32,000 nt of DNA from an uncultured Chloroflexia bacterium (GTDB taxonomy: Bacteria > Chloroflexota > Ktedonobacteria > Ktedonobacterales > JADMIN01). Under the pieces are notes generated by a model. It was not told the origin of the DNA. It saw only the letters and a program-made list of their open reading frames with translations, and made no database searches. Below, in pieces: positions 27,053 to 32,000 of the stretch. How positions within the stretch are numbered: position 1 is the stretch's first letter; each line of letters opens with the position of its first letter. Made by a program: the position numbers and the translations under genes. The stretch covers positions 150,001 through 182,000 of the forward strand of contig CAVRAI010000007.1 in the NCBI GenBank assembly GCA_963718915.1, read 5' to 3'.

Positions 27053-27857
27053 ATGCCAGACGCCAATGATGCCACGGTACTGCTCGATATCCGTGATGAT
27101 ATCGCCCATATCATCCTCAACCGGCCGGGCGCGATGAACGCGCTCAACCTGGAGATGGCGAAGGAACTGCTGGATGCCGCGATGCGGTGTGATGAGACAA
27201 CCGGCGTGCGCGCGGTGGTGATTGCGGGCGCGGGGAAGACGTTCTGCGCGGGTGGCGATGTCAAGCGGTTCGTCGCCGAAGACGCGAGTGAGCAGTTGCC
27301 GACCTACGTGCGCGCCATCACGACCTATCTGCACGCGGCGATCTCCTGCCTGGCGCGGATGAACGCTCCGGTGATCGCGGCGGTCGAAGGGAGCGCGGCT
27401 GGTGGGGGCATGAGCCTGGCGCTGGCCTGCGATCTGATCATTGCTGCCGAGTCGGCGCGTTTCATGGCGGCCTATACGCGCATCGGCCTCTGCCCCGACG
27501 GCTCGATGACCTACTCGCTCTCGCGGCTGGTCGGGTTGCGGCGCGCGCTGGAGCTGACGCTGACCAACCGGACGCTCACGGCTCCTGAGGCGCTCGACTG
27601 GGGTATCGTGACGGCGGTCGCGCCTGATGGCGAGGCGCTGCTCCGCGCCGACGAGCTGGCCAGCCAGTTCGCGCAGGGGCCGACGCTGGCCTACGGCGCC
27701 ACCAAGCGGCTGATTCACGCGGGGTGGTCGGAAACGCCTGGAGACGCAGATGATGGCCGAGAGCCAGGCTATCGCCGCGATGTCTGGCACGGCGGATGCC
27801 AGCGAGGGGATGGCTGCCTTCCTCGCCAGGCGCGCGCCAGATTTCAAGGGGAAGTGA
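27053..27857 (+). pseudogene. enoyl-CoA hydratase/isomerase (crotonase) family, one apparent +1 frameshift near the 3' end
   Basis: AGAGKTFCAGGDV and AAVEGSAAGGGMSLALACD motifs. After ...HAGWSET the family-typical tail LETQMMAESQAIAAMSGTADASEGMAAFLARRAPDFKGK* (stop 27855-27857) is in the +1 frame. Extra C at 27737-27738 (ACGCCTGG). Confidence 0.8.
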
Positions 27858-27915
27858 GAACACAAATGGAGGGCGCTGTTTTCGCGTGTGTCCCCACGCC
27901 GCAGGCTGAGAGCTA

Positions 27916-27986
27916 TGCGGCTAATCCTGGGATGATCGTATCCGCCTGCCACGAGCGAGGCTGCTGAATTCGCAGGATTAGCCGCA
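27916..27986. repeat. 14-bp perfect inverted repeat (long stem-loop) downstream of the hydratase gene
   Basis: TGCGGCTAATCCTG (27916-27929) and CAGGATTAGCCGCA (27973-27986), 43-nt spacer. Confidence 0.8.
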
Positions 27987-28034
27987 GCATAATGTGGTTT
28001 TCGCATGTGCGACAGGCACGGGCATTGCGGTGGG

Positions 28035-28174
28035 GTGAGCAGGCCGGAGCGTAAACACTACGGCGAATGGGCGCATGTGATGGTATGCAACGGGAGGGCC
28101 GGAAATTCGCCGGGGCATTCATGCTCCGGCACGCCCGCTCCAGCACGCTGTTCGGAGGTCATTCTTAAACTTCA
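28035..28174 (+). repeat. structured intergenic repeat, copy C
   Basis: CCGGAGCGTAAACACTACGGCGAATGGG...GGAAATTCGCCGGGGCA-TTCA-TGCTCCGG...CCAGCACGCTGTTCGGAGGTCATTCTTAAACTTCA aligns block-by-block with copy A and with the reverse complement of copy B. Confidence 0.7.
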
Positions 28175-28271
28175 TCATGCCGCGATGCTGGTCTGCCACA
28201 CTCCTCGCCCGCGCATGCGTGCGCATCACTCGACGCCGCGCACCACGATCTCGTTCTCTGCGATCTGCTGG

Positions 28272-28729
28272 CTATAGCGATGTCGCGTCGCGGAGCGATT
28301 GCCTGACACGAGACGGCAACTGCCAGTTCATCATCCTGATTGTCTGAGGGATCGCATCGCCGCAGACGATGTAGACCTCGTAACGACCGAGGAACCACTC
28401 CTGGATACCCGATCCATATCCTGTCGGTGGCCGCAGGTCAATCCTAGAAATGCCCTTCCACGCCACGCGCCCACGCAGCCCAAAATAGCTTCCCCTATAG
28501 GCAATCCCTGCTTCACTGAAACGGAGAAGGGGGTGATTGAGGACCAGATTCGCCAGGGTAAGAGGGACACCCAGACCAAACAGGCAGAAGGCGATCCAAC
28601 TGATCGCGGCGTTCTGACCGCTCCTGATGCCGCCATACGCAAGCGCTGCGAATAAGAATGTGAGAACGAGAAACAGTGAACCCTTGGTCCAACTCAGATC
28701 AATGACGATATCCGCGGATGAAGAGTTCG
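28272..28729 (-). CDS. two-TM protein with C-terminal PH-like domain (start unresolved; may be fused to 28730..29260 by a frameshift)
   Basis: ...ADIVIDLSWTKGSLFLVLTFLFAALAYGG...ISWIAFCLFGLGVPLTLANLV...LRFSEAGIAYRG...GRVAWKGISRIDL... looks like small membrane-anchored PH-type proteins. There is no ATG/GTG/TTG in frame downstream of the upstream gene's coding region. Confidence 0.5.
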
Positions 28730-29260
28730 TCAGTGGAAGCGCGGGATCTGAATCGTCATCGCTGTGCTCCTCTGGCGGGGATTGCGTTTCCCGTCTGAAA
28801 AGATGACACCGTCCAAATTGGCCTGGATGCGACCGAGGAGTGCGCCAGGGATACCGGCGAGACCGCCGAAGACAGCGCCGCATGCCACACCGCCGAAAAA
28901 CAGCAACAGCGCGACAATTGCCGCATTCACAAAGCCCGGAAGGTATTGTCCGCTTGGGTCTGTCTGCTGACCATGGTAGACAGTGCCGAACCCAAAGATG
29001 AGAAAGACCAGCGCCACTGGGGCTGCGCATGCCACGGCGCCCGCATCAACACCGAGGACAAATGAACCTCTGGCGCGAGCGGCGATGAATCCAGCAAGAA
29101 ACGCGCAGATGATAGCGGCTATTAGCCAGAAATAGGGAAGCGCACGGAACTGAGACGATGGATTGACGGCATGTAGCAACCCAATCCCACCGGCAAAGAT
29201 GGCCAGCCCCACACCAAACGGCAACCCGTAGCGAGAAGCCGTGCGCCAATCGTCCATCAT
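28730..29260 (-). CDS. hypothetical integral membrane protein
   Basis: 176-aa ORF with about four Gly/Ala-rich TM helices. Divergent from the TetR gene. Confidence 0.6.
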   Translation of the reverse strand: MMDDWRTASRYGLPFGVGLAIFAGGIGLLHAVNPSSQFRALPYFWLIAAIICAFLAGFIAARARGSFVLGVDAGAVACAAPVALVFLIFGFGTVYHGQQTDPSGQYLPGFVNAAIVALLLFFGGVACGAVFGGLAGIPGALLGRIQANLDGVIFSDGKRNPRQRSTAMTIQIPRFH

Positions 29261-29409
29261 CCTCGTTCGCCGCCTATCCTGAACTCACTACTCGAGCCAT
29301 CTCAACATCAGCAAGAGTACACTCTTTGCGCGTCTATTGTACGCTATCAGCAAACGCCGTTGAGAACGGGACTTCGCCAACCAATTTTCTGCGGTGACAC
29401 CATAGGGGC

Positions 29410-29438
29410 TTGACAAAATTAGTCAAATGGATTATACA
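29410..29438 (+). promoter_or_regulatory. TetR-gene promoter with overlapping palindromic operator candidate
   Basis: TTGACA (29410-29415), 17-nt spacer, TATACA (29433-29438). Palindrome TTGAC-aaaatta-GTCAA (29410-29426) overlaps the -35. Confidence 0.6.
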
Positions 29439-29467
29439 GTCGTATAAACCACTCGTAAGAGAGTGGC

Positions 29468-30151
29468 ATGGGGAATTACATGACACGACCAATGGCACAG
29501 AATGAGACGGTGGATGCGTTTCTTGATGCCGCCGAGCGACTGCTCATCAGCGTTGGCTACGCAGGCATCTCAGCGCGCAGGCTCGCCGAGGAGGCGGGCG
29601 CGAACCACGGTTTGATTCACTATTACTTTGGCTCGATGGAGCAGTTGCTCCTTCAGGTGCTCGAACGCTTCACCAGTCGACTGATCGTACGTCAGAAGGC
29701 CCTGTACGCGGCGGACATCCCTTTTCTGCGGAAATGGCGGACGGCGATGGGATTTCTCGTCGATCAGGACTTCTCAAGCGGGTATGAGAAGGTATGGATG
29801 GAGCTTCAGGCGCTCGCATGGAATCACCCGGAGTTGCAGGAGCGTGTGGCGCGTGTGCGCAGGCAGTGGTACGAGGTATTGTCCGAGGCCTTCACCAAAG
29901 CCATGGCCGACTATGGCATCGATACGGAGCAATATCCCGTCGAGGCGATGGTTACCCTCGTCATTACCTTCAATCTCGGCATCGAGATGGAGCGTCTCGG
30001 CGGTATCACCGAGGGCCACAAAGAACTGCTTGCCATGATTGACCGGTGGCTGGTTCGCCTCGAAGCGGCAAAGGCGGCGAGCGTCGAGCAGGCAGAGCAG
30101 ATCGAGCCAACCAACGGGGAGGGTGCGAACGATGAGGGCCAGATATCCTGA
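29468..30151 (+). CDS. TetR/AcrR family transcriptional regulator
   Basis: N-terminal HTH ISARRLAEEAGANHGLIHYYFGSMEQLL. 227 aa. Alternative ATG at 29480. Confidence 0.88.
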   Translation: MGNYMTRPMAQNETVDAFLDAAERLLISVGYAGISARRLAEEAGANHGLIHYYFGSMEQLLLQVLERFTSRLIVRQKALYAADIPFLRKWRTAMGFLVDQDFSSGYEKVWMELQALAWNHPELQERVARVRRQWYEVLSEAFTKAMADYGIDTEQYPVEAMVTLVITFNLGIEMERLGGITEGHKELLAMIDRWLVRLEAAKAASVEQAEQIEPTNGEGANDEGQIS

Positions 30152-32000
30152 TACGGAAGGCTATGTCGAGCGCGACGGTGTGCGCATTTTCTACGAAGTC
30201 TTTGGCGAGGGGGAGCCTACCGTTCTCCTGCTTCCCAGCTGGTCAATCATCCACTCACGCTTCTGGAAGGCGCAGGTACCCTATCTCGCGCGCCACTGTC
30301 GCGTCATCACCTTCGACGGGCGTGGCAACGGCAAATCGAGTCGCCCGCTCGCTCCAGCGGCCCACTCCACCGAGGAATTCGTCGCGGATGCTCTGGCGGT
30401 GCTGGATGCGACCGCAACGCAGCGGGCTATGCTGGTCTCGCTTTCGATGGGCGCGCAGTGGGCGCTTCGCCTCGCCGCTGAGCATGCGGATCGTGTCGCG
30501 GGAGCCGTGTTCATCGGCGCGTCGCTGCCGATTCCGCCGCGCATCGAGGCGCGCGTGGTCAACTCATTCGACGATGTGCTCGCGACCGATGAGGGCTGGG
30601 CCAAGTATAACCGCCACTACTGGTTGAAGGACTATCGCGGATTTCTGGAGTTCTTCTTCGCGCAATGCTTCAACGAGCCGCATTCCACAAAACAGATCGA
30701 GGACTGCGTTGGATGGGGGCTTGAGACGACGCCCGAACTGCTCATCGCCATCGAAGACGCCCCGTCACGGCGAGCGATCAACCTGGCGCACGGAGACGAG
30801 AAATATGTGTATGAACTGGCGGGGCAGGTGCGCTGTCCTGTCCTCGTGATTCATGGCGATTGCGATGCCATAACTCCGCACGCGCGGGGCGTGGCGCTCG
30901 CCAGGATGACTGGTGGGCGGCTGGCAACCCTCGAAGGCAGCGGGCATATCCCACTTGCGCGCGACCCGGTGAAGGTCAACCTGCTGCTGCGTGACTTCGT
31001 GGATGAGGTGCGCGCTACCTCCAGCGATTTGCTCGCGCCGTCGGAGCCGCCACGCACCATCACCTGGAAACGCGGGCGCAACCGGCAGAAACGCGCCCTC
31101 TATCTCTCGTCGCCGATTGGCCTCGGCCATGCCCAGCGAGATGTCGCCATCGCGCGGGAGCTACGGCGGCTGCACCCAGACCTTCAGATAGACTGGCTTG
31201 CGCAGGATCCGGTGACGCGCGTGCTGGAGGCGCACAGCGAGCGCATCCACCCTGCCAGCGCGTTGCTCGCCAGTGAGTCGAGCCACATCGAGAGCGAGTC
31301 CGCCGAACATGACCTGCATGCCTTCCAGGCATTGCGGCGAATGGACGAGATTCTGGTCGCCAACTATATGCTCTTCCACGACGTGGTGAGCGATGGCTCG
31401 TACGATCTGGTGGTCGGCGATGAGGCGTGGGATGTGGACTACTTCATCCACGAGAATCCCGATGAGAAGCGCACGGCCTATGTCTGGCTGACCGACTTCG
31501 TGGGCTACCTGCCGATGTCCGACGGCGGCGCGCGGGAGTCGTTCCTCACCACCGACTATAACGCCGAGATGATCGAGCATATCGAGCGCTTCCCACGGCT
31601 GCGCGACCGTTCTATCTTCGTCGGCAACCCTGACGATATCGTGCCTGACACGTTCGGCTATAATCTGCCCGAGATTCGCGCCTGGACGGAGCGCCACTAC
31701 GACTTCAGCGGCTATATCACCGGCTTCGATCCGCGCGACTTCGCCGACCGCGAGGCCCTGCGCCAGCAGCTCGGCTACCAACCCGACGAGCAGGTTTGCA
31801 TCGTCACCGTCGGCGGCTCCGGCGTTGGCCAGCATCTGCTCCGCCGTGTGATTGGCGCGTTCCCGGAGGCAAAGCGCCGCGTGCCCAATCTCCGCATGAT
31901 CGTCGTGACTGGCCCGCGCATCGAGCCAGCCTCGCTCCCCAGCGCCGATGGATTGGAAATTCGGGCGTATGTGCATGAGCTGTATCGCCACCTTGCCGCC
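30131..32000 (+). CDS. alpha/beta hydrolase fused to a GT-B glycosyltransferase-like domain; 3' end outside window; one apparent +1 frameshift at 31680-31682
   Basis: Hand translation from ATG 30131 (GGGGAGGG RBS, 21-nt overlap with the TetR gene): MRARYPDTEGYVERDGVRIFYEVFGEGEPTVLLLPSW...SLSMGAQWA...VIHGDCDAITP...GSGHIP (hydrolase). Then ...KRALYLSSPIGLGHAQRDVAIARELRRLHPDL...VGDEAWDVDYF... (GT N-domain). After ...LPEIRA the sensible continuation WTERHYDFSGYITGFDP...VCIVTVGGSGVGQHLL... is in the +1 frame (extra C in GCCCTGG). The ORF is absent from the track because it runs off the window. Confidence 0.75.

Noticed and set aside
26630-28006. 458-aa minus-strand ORF
   Set aside because: Antisense to the end of the kinase-like gene and the whole enoyl-CoA hydratase gene. 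Extremely Arg-rich with no motifs.
28150-28160. GGAGGT in the conserved 3' block of repeat copies A and C as a Shine-Dalgarno for a small ORF
   Set aside because: No start codon at a suitable distance in copy A. The ATG downstream in copy C opens an Arg/Cys-rich frame antisense to a real gene.
30163-30627. 154-aa plus-strand ORF on the track
   Set aside because: Wrong frame of the alpha/beta hydrolase region. The frame from ATG 30131 gives canonical hydrolase sequence.

Overview
GC-rich bacterial chromosomal segment. Protein sequences and gene order look Chloroflexota-like, but that is inference only.

The conserved core (about 4.07-10.44 kb, + strand) is tRNA-Tyr, tRNA-Thr, tuf, rpmG, secE, nusG, rplK, rplA, rplJ, rplL. 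rpmG is under 60 aa, so it is absent from the ORF track and was found by hand. rpoBC does not follow rplL.

Left flank: tandem paralogous sensor-like membrane proteins, a P-loop/Nudix gene pair, and two small hypothetical genes.

Right flank:
- a SurA-N-like anchored protein and an MFS transporter
- a RelE/ParE-type toxin with a frameshifted XRE antitoxin, sitting between two diverged copies of the MFS 3' end
- a gene-decay zone (MFS remnant, low-GC orphan ORF, multiply disrupted methyltransferase)
- an ABM monooxygenase
- an M24 peptidase plus galK-galT-galE
- a minus-strand envelope operon (membrane protein, lipoprotein phosphoesterase, anchored cyclophilin)
- ornithine cyclodeaminase
- a transmembrane predicted pseudokinase
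- an enoyl-CoA hydratase and two membrane ORFs
- a TetR regulator overlapping a long alpha/beta-hydrolase-glycosyltransferase fusion ORF that runs off the window and is not on the ORF track

Most interesting observations:
1. A ~130-nt structured intergenic repeat present three times (3781-3906, 10606-10737 inverted, 28035-28174) with compensatory stem changes.
2. A promoter, ~255 nt and a strong intrinsic terminator between rplA and rplJ.
3. The toxin-antitoxin cassette flanked by duplicated MFS 3' ends.
4. Phased 11-nt direct repeats next to a promoter lacking a -35 element at 16323-16400.
5. The pseudokinase.
6. The TetR-hydrolase/GT unit.
7. Seven single-nucleotide frame disruptions, which may be true pseudogenes or assembly indels.

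I do not see a complete, clearly novel multi-gene system. The repeat family and the decayed islet are the best leads.
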